Below are positions 31,624 to 40,923 of a stretch of 64,000 bases of DNA, in pieces. This stretch comes from a phage. Position 1 is the first letter of the stretch; every line of letters begins with the position of its first letter. Below the pieces are notes generated by a model. That model was not told the origin of the DNA. It ran no database searches and saw only the letters and a program-made list of their open reading frames with translations. Location: sequence record PZ019085.1. One strand, 5' to 3'. The position numbers and the translations under genes are program-made.

Positions 31624-31989
31624 ATGAACTACATCAACTTCGAACGTAAATATGTTTCTAACGGTATCGCTGGTTCTATTGATACGATTTGCTTATGGAA
31701 ACATAAAAATGGTTCAGTATGTGAAATTGAGCAGTATATGACTCCTAATTACGTTTATATGCGATTTGAAAATGGCATCACGGTTTCAATCACGATGGAA
31801 GGTTCCAACTTCAAAATTGCATTAGATGACGATTTCCGTCAACGTGATTTAGGTACTCATCCTTGCTGGAATGGCGTTAATCGTAAACTTCTGGTTAAAA
31901 CTTGGATTCGTCATATCCTGAGTAACCGAGCTAAACCTGAACATCTCGAAGCAATCTTTGATGTAGTTCTTAACGAATTTGATATCTAA
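31624..31989 (+). CDS. hypothetical early protein (121 aa)
   Basis: ORF with own early promoter (31554-31582), SD GGAGAA, followed by hairpin 31997-32012. Confidence 0.55.
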   Translation: MNYINFERKYVSNGIAGSIDTICLWKHKNGSVCEIEQYMTPNYVYMRFENGITVSITMEGSNFKIALDDDFRQRDLGTHPCWNGVNRKLLVKTWIRHILSNRAKPEHLEAIFDVVLNEFDI

Positions 31990-31996
31990 TTTAACT

Positions 31997-32012
31997 GGGG
32001 GCTTCGGCCCCC
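31997..32012 (+). terminator. hairpin after ORF 31624-31989
   Basis: GGGGGC-UUCG-GCCCCC, no clear U-run. Confidence 0.4.
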
Positions 32013-32024
32013 ACTGAGGAAATT

Positions 32025-32642
32025 ATGTTTAAAGTTAATACTTTTTATAAAATGAATTTTAAAAATGGGGATATTACTCCACGCCTTAAAAACATGTTCT
32101 CATATGACCTTATTGAGCCTTTTGAAGTTTTAGAAGTTACTGATGCCGGCTCGGTTTGTGAAATTAGAACTTCTGAAGGTAAAATTTATCAGGCAGGTGT
32201 TGGTAAATTTAGTAATTGTTTTACTTTAATATTCTCGACCGATTTATATGAGCATTTTATTGAATGTCCTAACCCTAAGGTCCACGAAGTTCCACATCAA
32301 GAAACTAAGAAAAATGGCCCGCATGAATATACGAAGGTTGAAACTCCTCACGGTGAGATGTGGCGACATAACTCTCCTTTTGGAAGTAAAGGAACATTTG
32401 CTCAACCGTCTAAACCGTATGATGATGATGAAAAATACATCGTCGCCTTTTTATCTGAACAGGGTACTCAAGACCGTGGATGCCAGCGAAGTGGTTTACT
32501 AAGTGAACTTGAAGCTCATAACCAAGCACGTGAATTCGTTGAGAAAAATCCTGGTTCTGAAGCTCTAGTCATGAAAGCAATTACTCAATATATCACTGCT
32601 CAACCTGTTGTTCATCCGGTAGAAATTAATTTCGTTAAGTAG
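32025..32642 (+). CDS. hypothetical protein (205 aa)
   Basis: ORF in track with SD GAGGAAA. Confidence 0.55.
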   Translation: MFKVNTFYKMNFKNGDITPRLKNMFSYDLIEPFEVLEVTDAGSVCEIRTSEGKIYQAGVGKFSNCFTLIFSTDLYEHFIECPNPKVHEVPHQETKKNGPHEYTKVETPHGEMWRHNSPFGSKGTFAQPSKPYDDDEKYIVAFLSEQGTQDRGCQRSGLLSELEAHNQAREFVEKNPGSEALVMKAITQYITAQPVVHPVEINFVK

Positions 32643-32672
32643 TTTACATCCAAGGACGGATTAGAGTATAAC
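32642..32672 (+). promoter_or_regulatory. early promoter cassette
   Basis: GTTTAC 32642-32647, TATAAC 32667-32672. Confidence 0.45.
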
Positions 32673-32696
32673 GATTTCTTTAGTAAGTGGAAAAAT

Positions 32697-32894
32697 ATGA
32701 AATTTTTAATAGCACAAACAGTCCAATTAAAAGGTGTTGGAATTCCTGGGGTGATTTTTAAAGTTCTCCCTGAATTTAAAACCGCCGCTGGAATTATCAA
32801 TGAAGCGTATGCTGTTCAATGGGTTGATTGGACTTCTGACATACGTATGGGTAAAGAGTTATCTCCTATTAAAGGGTTGAAACATGTTGAATAA
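32697..32894 (+). CDS. hypothetical protein (65 aa)
   Basis: ORF preceded by an early promoter. Confidence 0.45.
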   Translation: MKFLIAQTVQLKGVGIPGVIFKVLPEFKTAAGIINEAYAVQWVDWTSDIRMGKELSPIKGLKHVE

Positions 32895-33096
32895 ATTAAT
32901 CCAGAAATTGTTTGGTACGGAAATGATCGAAGTTACTTATCGTGTAACTGATTTATCTCCTGTGCATCCACAAGATGAACCGTATACTAAAACAATTAAA
33001 ATGCTGAAATCTGATGGCGGATTATCCATTGAAGACCGTCTGCCTTGTTACGGACATTGGGCTGATGTTGAAATTATAAGTGTTAAAGATGTCTGA
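32884..33096 (+). CDS. hypothetical protein (70 aa)
   Basis: ORF in track. Confidence 0.4.
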   Translation: MLNKLIQKLFGTEMIEVTYRVTDLSPVHPQDEPYTKTIKMLKSDGGLSIEDRLPCYGHWADVEIISVKDV

Positions 33097-33547
33097 GTTA
33101 GAAATTAGAAGTAACTTTCCATGGCCATCATGTGCATTAAGTAACTTTGCTAAATGGCCTTTTGTTATGGATGGTATTCAATTCGGAGGACTTGAAGGAT
33201 TTCTCCAAGGATGTAAGGTGAAAAATGTTGAACAACAAAAACGTATATTTGGGATGTCTGGATTGGCCGCCCAGCAAGCTGGAAGGTCTTATGCAAGAGC
33301 TCAGGACCATGGGACGCTTTTCTGGCTTGGAATTCCCTTTTCAAGATACTCTGCAGCATGGAAAGAGTTGTATACAAATGCATATTTTGAAGCAGCGATC
33401 CAAAACAAGGGGTTTCGTGATGCCTTACAAGCCTCTAAAGGAAAAATTTTGAAGCACAGCATGGCTAGTGGTCTAACAAAAGATGATACAATACTAACCG
33501 AAGCTGAATTTATTGATGTGTTAAACCTATTAAGAGACTCTCTATGA
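33080..33547 (+). CDS. conserved hypothetical protein (155 aa; T4 30.x region)
   Basis: ORF in track; position in the gene 30.x array. Confidence 0.5.
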   Translation: MLKMSELEIRSNFPWPSCALSNFAKWPFVMDGIQFGGLEGFLQGCKVKNVEQQKRIFGMSGLAAQQAGRSYARAQDHGTLFWLGIPFSRYSAAWKELYTNAYFEAAIQNKGFRDALQASKGKILKHSMASGLTKDDTILTEAEFIDVLNLLRDSL

Positions 33548-34359
33548 AGCCTACTATTTTGACCGATATTGATGGTGTATGTTTAAGTTGGCAATCTGGA
33601 CTTCCTTATTTTGCCCAAAAATATAATCTTCCATTAGAACATATTTTAAAAATGATTCAGGACGAAAAATTTATTTCTCCTGGTAAACTATTCAATACCG
33701 ACGATAATCTCGGTAAACAATTAATAGAAAAATATAATCGCTCTGATTTTATTCGTTACTTAGCGCCTTATTCGGATGCTCTTCGAGTTATCAATAAACT
33801 AAAAGAAGACTATAATTTTGTAGCCGTGACGGCACTAGGTGATTCAATTGATGCTCGATTGAATAGACAATTTAATTTGAATGCTTTGTTCCCAGGCGCC
33901 TTTTCTGAAGTAATGATGTGTGGACATGATTCTTCAAAGGAACAATTATTCGAACTAGCTAAAACAAAATATAACGTGATTTGTTACGTTGACGATTTAG
34001 CTCATCACTGTGACCATGCAGCAGAAATTCTTAATGTACCGATTTATTGGTTGGCTCGTGGTGAACGTGATGATATTCCTCGCACTGCACAACGTGTACA
34101 CACGTGGGATGATATTGAATCTCGTTTGGTTCCACCTGAGCATAAGTCAGATTCAGATCGTGAAGACCTTTTAAAACGATTGGCGGATTTGCTTAAAGAA
34201 TCTGGTGCAACAAGTCCAGGTGCATGGCCTAATCAAATTGGCACTCCGTCGAATCCGTATACCTGGCGAACCCCAGGACCAACCAATATGCAGCCATGGT
34301 GGACGATTCAAAACTTTCCTTTAGATTCGTCCAAATGGACTTGGTCTGTAAATTGTTAA
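33544..34359 (+). CDS. HAD-superfamily hydrolase-like protein (271 aa)
   Basis: N-terminal HAD motif I ILTDIDGV; Trp/Pro-rich C-terminal tail. Confidence 0.5.
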   Translation: MKPTILTDIDGVCLSWQSGLPYFAQKYNLPLEHILKMIQDEKFISPGKLFNTDDNLGKQLIEKYNRSDFIRYLAPYSDALRVINKLKEDYNFVAVTALGDSIDARLNRQFNLNALFPGAFSEVMMCGHDSSKEQLFELAKTKYNVICYVDDLAHHCDHAAEILNVPIYWLARGERDDIPRTAQRVHTWDDIESRLVPPEHKSDSDREDLLKRLADLLKESGATSPGAWPNQIGTPSNPYTWRTPGPTNMQPWWTIQNFPLDSSKWTWSVNC

Positions 34360-34368
34360 GGGTTAATT

Positions 34369-34638
34369 ATGTTTGTAGTTCATGATATTACAGATGGCAA
34401 AAACACAACGCGTGACTACGGTCACGTTAACATGTTCTTTCGAGATTGGCCAGTGTTTCGTTCAGTAAAAGACGCAGAAATATTTAAAGAGTGTGTTGAA
34501 CAAGGGTTCATCTACATTTCAGAATATTATGTTGAAGGTCTAGGTAAATGGATTACCACTTATCAGAAAACGCTGAAATCGCTTCTAGATGAAGTGGCTT
34601 ATAATAGAACCGTAACCAAAATCGAGGACATCAAATGA
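34369..34638 (+). CDS. hypothetical protein (89 aa)
   Basis: ORF in track. Confidence 0.45.
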   Translation: MFVVHDITDGKNTTRDYGHVNMFFRDWPVFRSVKDAEIFKECVEQGFIYISEYYVEGLGKWITTYQKTLKSLLDEVAYNRTVTKIEDIK

Positions 34639-36128
34639 TTTTAGATATTTTAAACCAAATAGCTGCGATCGGTTCTACTAAAACAAAACAAGAAATCCTT
34701 AAGAAAAATAAGGACAACAAATTACTTGAACGTGTGTATCGTTTAACATATGCACGTGGTATCCAGTATTATATTAAGAAATGGCCGGGACCTGGTGAAA
34801 GGTCTCAAGCGTATGGACTTCTTGAATTAGATGACATGTTGGATTTTATTGAGTTCACATTAGCCACTCGTAAACTCACTGGTAATGCTGCAATTAAAGA
34901 GCTCATGGGGTATATAGCTGATGGTAAACCTGATGATGTAGAAGTCCTTCGTCGTGTAATGATGCGTGACCTTGAAGTAGGTGCTTCAGTGTCTATCGCG
35001 AATAAGGTGTGGCCTGGACTTATTCAATTGCAACCACAGATGTTAGCATCTGCATATGACGAGAAATTGATTACTAAAAATATTAAATGGCCTGCATTTG
35101 CCCAATTAAAAGCAGATGGTGCTCGTTGTTTCGCTGAAGTTCGCGATGATGGTGTTCAATTCTTTTCTCGTGCTGGTAACGAATACCATGGTCTTACTCT
35201 ATTAGCGGATGAACTAATGGAAATGACTAAAGAAGCTCGTGAAAGACACCCTAATGGGGTTTTAATCGATGGTGAATTAGTTTATCATTCATTCGATATT
35301 AAAAAGGCTGTGAGCTCAGGAAATGACCTGTCGTTCTTATTTGGTGATAATGAAGAATCCGAAGAAGTACAAGTTGCAGACCGTAGCACTTCAAATGGTT
35401 TAGCAAATAAATCTCTTCAAGGGACTATTTCTCCTAAAGAAGCGGAAGGTATGGTTCTTCAAGCCTGGGACTATGTTCCTTTAGATGAAGTCTATTCTGA
35501 TGGCAAAATTAAAGGTCAGAAATACGATGTTCGTTTTGCTGCTCTTGAAAATATGGCTGAAGGCTTTAAGCGAATTGAGCCAATTGAAAATCAGTTAGTT
35601 CGTAATCTTGACGAAGCTAAAGTGGTTTATAAAAAATATGTCGACCAAGGTCTTGAAGGTATTATCCTTAAAAACCGTGATTCATATTGGGAAAACAAAC
35701 GCTCTAAGAACCTAATTAAATTTAAAGAAGTTATTGATATCGCTTTAGAAGTTGTAGGATACTATGAACACTCTAAAGACCCTAACAAATTAGGTGGTGT
35801 CGAACTCGTATCACGTTGTCGTCGTATTACAACCGATTGTGGTTCAGGTTTTAAAGATACAACCCATAAAACAGTTGACGGTGTAAAGGTTCTTATTCCT
35901 TTAGACGAGCGTCATGATTTAGACCGTGAACGATTAATGACAGAAGCCCGTGAAGGTAAATTAATTGGACGTATCGCTGATTGTGAATGTAATGGTTGGG
36001 TTCATTCTAAAGGCCGTGAAGGTACTGTAGGTATTTTCCTTCCAATTATTAAAGGGTTCCGTTTTGATAAAACAGAAGCGGATTCATTTGAAGACGTATT
36101 TGGACCGTGGTCCCAGACAGGTTTATAA
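34635..36128 (+). CDS. 30: ATP-dependent DNA ligase
   Basis: 497 aa; adenylation motif KADGARCFA and extensive match to T4 gp30. Confidence 0.92.
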   Translation: MILDILNQIAAIGSTKTKQEILKKNKDNKLLERVYRLTYARGIQYYIKKWPGPGERSQAYGLLELDDMLDFIEFTLATRKLTGNAAIKELMGYIADGKPDDVEVLRRVMMRDLEVGASVSIANKVWPGLIQLQPQMLASAYDEKLITKNIKWPAFAQLKADGARCFAEVRDDGVQFFSRAGNEYHGLTLLADELMEMTKEARERHPNGVLIDGELVYHSFDIKKAVSSGNDLSFLFGDNEESEEVQVADRSTSNGLANKSLQGTISPKEAEGMVLQAWDYVPLDEVYSDGKIKGQKYDVRFAALENMAEGFKRIEPIENQLVRNLDEAKVVYKKYVDQGLEGIILKNRDSYWENKRSKNLIKFKEVIDIALEVVGYYEHSKDPNKLGGVELVSRCRRITTDCGSGFKDTTHKTVDGVKVLIPLDERHDLDRERLMTEAREGKLIGRIADCECNGWVHSKGREGTVGIFLPIIKGFRFDKTEADSFEDVFGPWSQTGL

Positions 36129-36316
36129 TGAAAGCTTATTTAGAAACAGTAGTTGTCGCTAATAAAGATGGTCGCAATGTTTCCACCTCTTGTTCCCAAA
36201 TTGTATTAGATTTTCCTAATAATGATTCCTATCGTATTTTTATGGACAATTTTGATAAGTACGAAAAAGGCCCTAATTTTGAAGTTTATCGTACTTTGCT
36301 CCCGATTGTGGATTAA
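36128..36316 (+). CDS. hypothetical protein (62 aa; track start 36107)
   Basis: TAATG overlap with the ligase stop; followed by terminator 36317-36335. Confidence 0.4.
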   Translation: MKAYLETVVVANKDGRNVSTSCSQIVLDFPNNDSYRIFMDNFDKYEKGPNFEVYRTLLPIVD

Positions 36317-36335
36317 GGGCCTTCGGGCTCTTTTT
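36317..36335 (+). terminator. intrinsic terminator upstream of alt
   Basis: GGGCC-UUCG-GGCUC (one G-U pair) followed by TTTTT. Confidence 0.55.
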
Positions 36336-36371
36336 GGCATAAATATAAATTATTACTAAAAGGAAAACACT

Positions 36372-38459
36372 ATGTCCGAACAATTAAATGAAGTGTTTGA
36401 ATCTGAAGGCAGTCTTCCTGTCGTCAATTTGAACCCTAAAGCTAAAGTTCCACAAGTCTGGAAAATTGGTGATATCGATACAAACATCGTAGTTCGCTTA
36501 TTCTCTTACCTTTCTGAAGGCGATGCCGTAAAACAAGTTAAACTTGGCGACAAATACGCTCATGTTGTTATTATGAGTCTATCTGAAAAGGGTAATCTCG
36601 CTGAATTGAAAAATGGCCTTGGTCCTGCTCCTATTGATGCAATCAACACCATTTTCAATACAGTATATGAACAGGTTAAAGCTCTTCGTATGGATGCAGT
36701 TCTGTTCCGATTCCCTACCAAGAAATTGAAAGGACGTGGACAGCAACTTCAAACTCTTCTTGCTCGTTTAGTTTCTACTAAAACCGGTGGTCGTTTTAAA
36801 GTATTGTCGGCAATGTATCAATTCACAGGTAAACACACCTATGTGATGATGGTTCGTAAAAATGCCAACATTGAAGATATTAAAGGCATCCCTAACATTA
36901 ACACAGAGTTGTATACGAAAGTAGATTCTGATGTTGGCGAAGTTTATGTGAGTAAAAAGACTGGCGAAAAGGTCACCAAAGAAACGGCTATCGCTGGTTC
37001 TATTGCTGCTGTAGAAGAAAAACGTAAAGATAAGCCTGTTATTGCTCGTACTAAAATTTCTCGTCGTGCTATTGCAGCAAGTCAATCTTTAGAAGCTGAC
37101 CGCCAAGAAGGTGAGTTATTCCAGAAATACGAAAATTCTGCTAAAGAAGTTAGTGGCCCAGCTACAGCCGAATTACTTCCTGAAGCATATGAAATTGTAC
37201 TAGCTCAAGCATCGTCCACAGCAAAAGGCACTTTAGTTGCTGATATCGAAAATAAGATTTATAATCGTATTGATGAATCCTTTAAATTTGCCGATGAAGT
37301 TTCTTATGGTAGTGTTATTAAGCCGACTTTAGAAAAGTTTGCTAAGAAAATTAAAACCGAAAAAACAACATCTGTTAAAGCATTAGCTGCTTTTGTTGAA
37401 GCTGCAAATGAAATTGCAGACTCTATTAAAGACGAATGGTTTGAAGATTTTAGACGTGATAATTTCCAACTGCCTGACGACGTTTTAGCTGAAGTATCTG
37501 AAAGAACTTGGAAACAACGTAAATCAGCGTTCTTGTCTAACGTGATGTATACTTATGCACGAGAATCGGCTAGAGGCACCTTTAATATAACAATGAATCG
37601 CGACCCTAAACAATACTCTGTTGCTGAAAAACGAGCTATTCGTGAATATGCCTCTTCTGCGTATATCGATATCAATAATATGTTGTTAGGTCGTTATAAA
37701 CCGGATTTTTACGATGTTGCAGATGAAGATGAAGTTAAACGCGCTATTGATGGTCTTGATTCAGCGTTTTTAAATGGAGACCGTTTACCTGAAGGACTAA
37801 CGTTATATAGAGCTCAGTCTATCAGAATGCCTATTTACGAAGCAATGGTTAAAAATAAGGTATTCTACTTCAGAAACTATGTTTCCACTTCACTAGCTCC
37901 TATTATTTTCGGCGGGTTTAAAGAGAACGTTGCCCTTGGACTTGCTCCTGAAGAAGTTCGCAAAGAGCTTAACATTGATAATAATGACGAAGGTGTTACT
38001 ATTTCTCCTAGTCAGGTAAGAACAGCTATGCATGCACCAGAACAAATCCGTGTTAACGTTGGATGGGCCATTGATGGCGCCCATAAAGTTAACGTGATTT
38101 ATCCAGGACAGTTGAGTAATCACCCTAATGAGCAAGAAATTATTTTGCCTAGAGGCATTCTCTTGCAGATAAATAAAATTACAGATGCGTCGTCTGACAC
38201 TGGTGCAGGTTTAGAATCCAACCTTAAATTTATTCAAGCTGAAGTCATGTCCTCGGACCAGTTGGACGAAGCTGTCATTTACGATGGCGATGTTCTCATG
38301 GAAACAGGCGAGGTGATTGCTATGACGGGTGAAATCGAATCAGATGAGCCGATATCGTTCTCCTCATTTGTAGAAAAAACTAGTGCACCTAAAGGTTTGA
38401 AATTGTTAGCATCTTTAATGGATTTAGAATCAGTTCCGTTTAAATTTGTCCAAGGATAG
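36372..38459 (+). CDS. alt: Alt ADP-ribosyltransferase (packaged)
   Basis: 695 aa; many blocks match T4 Alt, e.g. VYFRNYVSTSL, GYRAIREY-like region, C-terminal PFKFVQG. Confidence 0.85.
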   Translation: MSEQLNEVFESEGSLPVVNLNPKAKVPQVWKIGDIDTNIVVRLFSYLSEGDAVKQVKLGDKYAHVVIMSLSEKGNLAELKNGLGPAPIDAINTIFNTVYEQVKALRMDAVLFRFPTKKLKGRGQQLQTLLARLVSTKTGGRFKVLSAMYQFTGKHTYVMMVRKNANIEDIKGIPNINTELYTKVDSDVGEVYVSKKTGEKVTKETAIAGSIAAVEEKRKDKPVIARTKISRRAIAASQSLEADRQEGELFQKYENSAKEVSGPATAELLPEAYEIVLAQASSTAKGTLVADIENKIYNRIDESFKFADEVSYGSVIKPTLEKFAKKIKTEKTTSVKALAAFVEAANEIADSIKDEWFEDFRRDNFQLPDDVLAEVSERTWKQRKSAFLSNVMYTYARESARGTFNITMNRDPKQYSVAEKRAIREYASSAYIDINNMLLGRYKPDFYDVADEDEVKRAIDGLDSAFLNGDRLPEGLTLYRAQSIRMPIYEAMVKNKVFYFRNYVSTSLAPIIFGGFKENVALGLAPEEVRKELNIDNNDEGVTISPSQVRTAMHAPEQIRVNVGWAIDGAHKVNVIYPGQLSNHPNEQEIILPRGILLQINKITDASSDTGAGLESNLKFIQAEVMSSDQLDEAVIYDGDVLMETGEVIAMTGEIESDEPISFSSFVEKTSAPKGLKLLASLMDLESVPFKFVQG

Positions 38460-38488
38460 TTTACAAACACATGGATGTGTGATACTAT
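38459..38488 (+). promoter_or_regulatory. early promoter cassette
   Basis: GTTTAC 38459-38464, 18-bp spacer, TACTAT 38483-38488, then CCTATCAAC. Confidence 0.55.
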
Positions 38489-38517
38489 CATCCTATCAAC
38501 AACATGAGGAAAACGTT

Positions 38518-38811
38518 ATGAAATCTATGCTTCGCTTTAATGGTCAAGAACTACTAGTTGAAGATGTTATCCCAGCGGATGATGCTTTTAACGAAGCTGT
38601 GATTGACGAATTGAATCGAGTATTCCCAGGTGCATTCCATATTGCTATGGAACCTCTTAAAAACTTTCGTGACCCTGAGCACACTGATCAAATTTTTGTC
38701 GGTGTGGTGACAGGTCATTTAGAAACAGAGGTACCAATGGTCGTATTAGTTAAATACTCTAAAGATGATACTCCATTCCGAGCACCAGCATTCCTTTCAT
38801 TCCGTAAATAA
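38518..38811 (+). CDS. hypothetical early protein (97 aa; track start 38446)
   Basis: ATG at 38518 after early promoter 38459-38488 and SD GAGGAAA. Confidence 0.5.
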   Translation: MKSMLRFNGQELLVEDVIPADDAFNEAVIDELNRVFPGAFHIAMEPLKNFRDPEHTDQIFVGVVTGHLETEVPMVVLVKYSKDDTPFRAPAFLSFRK

Positions 38812-38820
38812 ACCCCTAAA

Positions 38821-38842
38821 GGGAGACGTTGTCTCCCTTTTT
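38821..38842. terminator. bidirectional terminator between convergent ORF 38518 (plus) and gene 54 (minus)
   Basis: GGGAGAC-GTTG-GTCTCCC followed by TTTTT on plus and flanked by TTT on minus. Confidence 0.6.
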
Positions 38843-38843
38843 C

Positions 38844-39806
38844 TTATAGTCCTAAAACTCTTGACGTAGAATTCACCACACCTGTCAATGTGTTTATATT
38901 AGACACACCTCCAGCAGTCCCACCTAATCTAGAAAGTCTTGATACTGCACTTCCTAGACCAGAATCATTCTGGTTATTTCCAAACATTCCTGAAACACTA
39001 CTAATAAGTCCTGATTCCAGCCATTCTAAAGCAGCCTGTCTATTTACAGCACCTGATTGCATAACGCGATAAGCAAATGTTACATCAAAAACTGTTATCT
39101 GATTATCACCATCATACGTTAACTCAGGAGAAGAGACACTAACAGGAATACATCCGGTGAACATGACAGCGGTATGTGGTAAACCATTTCGTGCATGTAA
39201 ATTAACCTGAATATCTGCTTCAACGTCTTGTGGTAAAGCACGAAGACCTGTTACAGGGTCTTGGACTGAGTTTACCCAGTCTTGCATTGCTCTAAAGTTA
39301 GATGCTTCAGAATCCATTCTAAAGCTTATTACTAACGGGTCCATTTCACGACCGGTAATTCGGATGTTCGGTGAGTTATAGTTGAAATCCGTTTCATAAG
39401 ATAATCGGTTCTCAGGCATTTTTACAGAATAAATCATTAAACCTGTATTATTATATGCCATATTGAAGAAGTCTATCAGATAAGCTCCTACTGTGAACTC
39501 ACCTAACAAGCTTTGTACCGTACGTTGACTCATTGCTCCAATCAGATATTTACTTACACCTGATTTTCGAATTAATTTCTGTGTTCCTGCTGTAATCAGG
39601 GTTGTTACGCCCTGATTGATATCACCTTGAGTCAATCCTAACCAATCAGAATTCAACCCTAAGTTATTATAAGCAAAACTACCAATTGACGAAATTAGTG
39701 AAGATGATTTAGTCGATGGTGTAGTAGCAAATACACAACTAAACATATTGTTTCGTTGGAAATCTGCATTTATAGCTTGGTTATTAAATTCTTCTAAAGA
39801 GTACAT
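38844..39806 (-). CDS. 54: gp54 baseplate tail-tube initiator
   Basis: 320 aa as in T4; synteny. Confidence 0.85.
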   Translation of the reverse strand: MYSLEEFNNQAINADFQRNNMFSCVFATTPSTKSSSLISSIGSFAYNNLGLNSDWLGLTQGDINQGVTTLITAGTQKLIRKSGVSKYLIGAMSQRTVQSLLGEFTVGAYLIDFFNMAYNNTGLMIYSVKMPENRLSYETDFNYNSPNIRITGREMDPLVISFRMDSEASNFRAMQDWVNSVQDPVTGLRALPQDVEADIQVNLHARNGLPHTAVMFTGCIPVSVSSPELTYDGDNQITVFDVTFAYRVMQSGAVNRQAALEWLESGLISSVSGMFGNNQNDSGLGSAVSRLSRLGGTAGGVSNINTLTGVVNSTSRVLGL

Positions 39807-40915
39807 TAGAAAGTCCCCGCATAAAGTGAAGAACGGTTTAATGTAATAATTTCTCTCATTGTTATCTCTAACGTAAATGTTGATGGTAAGTTAGGAGCAA
39901 CAGCGAGACCATTAAATTGTCCATTTGGAGTTTTATCAAAACGTACGCTTTGAATTTGACATGGGCCAAATACGTCAGTTAATCCATCAAATTTAGACGT
40001 ATAACCAAAGTTTTTAACCATCCAAATTGTAGGGTTGCTTACAACTAATACGTTTGTTAATGACGCAGTAATCTTTTCAAACAATGTCTTATTTTTTACC
40101 GCATCGTCTGGTGTCATAGGCTCAATAAACGTTGAACGGTACCATTCGTCTAAATAACTTTTAATCTCTTGGGCGTACTGTGATTTACCAGTCTCACCAT
40201 AAGAGAAATAGTTAAAATACTGGTAAATGTTTATAATAGCCATAAGGTCTTCAGTCGAACGTGGAGTTAAATCCCATGTAAAGACTTTAGTACGGTTCTC
40301 AGCACCGCCATACATACTACGAGAAGTCGTATAAATCTGTTCGTTGTTATCAGCCATAAGCCCTTGAGTAATAGAATCTAATGCACCAAAAACTGCAGTA
40401 GAAGCAATGTTACTTAAAACACCTGTAGCAGTACCTCCACCTTTAGTAATAAGGCTATCACCGATATCATTAAAACGATGTGAAGTTGTATCAACGTCAG
40501 ATTTGGAACGTGGCAAAAGTATATTAGCAACAGGAGTTTTATTTATAGTAGGTTTATTAGCTCCAGCAGGAAGCAATCCGTTTGAGAATTTAGTCACTGC
40601 ATCTTTCACATTATCAGTTAAATCTGATATGATACCATTAGATGAAGTGCCGGCGTATGCCGGACGTAAATTCCTGAGGGATCCTGAATCGCGTGCAGAC
40701 ATATTGTACGCGGTAAATAATAATCCATTCTTATAAAGGTCTGTTACCTGGAAGTCTCCTGTGGAGTCATTTCCGGCTGCTCTTCCTGTAGGAAATTGAG
40801 CAACATAAGTTTTAGTAGTTGTTTCGGTTTTAGTGCTTTGCCCGGCACTTTCTGAGACTGGGATTGCTTTATTTAAATCCTTTGCATCTACTACTATTTC
40901 TTTTACACTAATCAT
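39806..40915 (-). CDS. 48: gp48 baseplate tail-tube cap
   Basis: 369 aa (T4 about 364); synteny. Confidence 0.85.
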   Translation of the reverse strand: MISVKEIVVDAKDLNKAIPVSESAGQSTKTETTTKTYVAQFPTGRAAGNDSTGDFQVTDLYKNGLLFTAYNMSARDSGSLRNLRPAYAGTSSNGIISDLTDNVKDAVTKFSNGLLPAGANKPTINKTPVANILLPRSKSDVDTTSHRFNDIGDSLITKGGGTATGVLSNIASTAVFGALDSITQGLMADNNEQIYTTSRSMYGGAENRTKVFTWDLTPRSTEDLMAIINIYQYFNYFSYGETGKSQYAQEIKSYLDEWYRSTFIEPMTPDDAVKNKTLFEKITASLTNVLVVSNPTIWMVKNFGYTSKFDGLTDVFGPCQIQSVRFDKTPNGQFNGLAVAPNLPSTFTLEITMREIITLNRSSLYAGTF

Positions 40916-40923
40916 AATAATCC

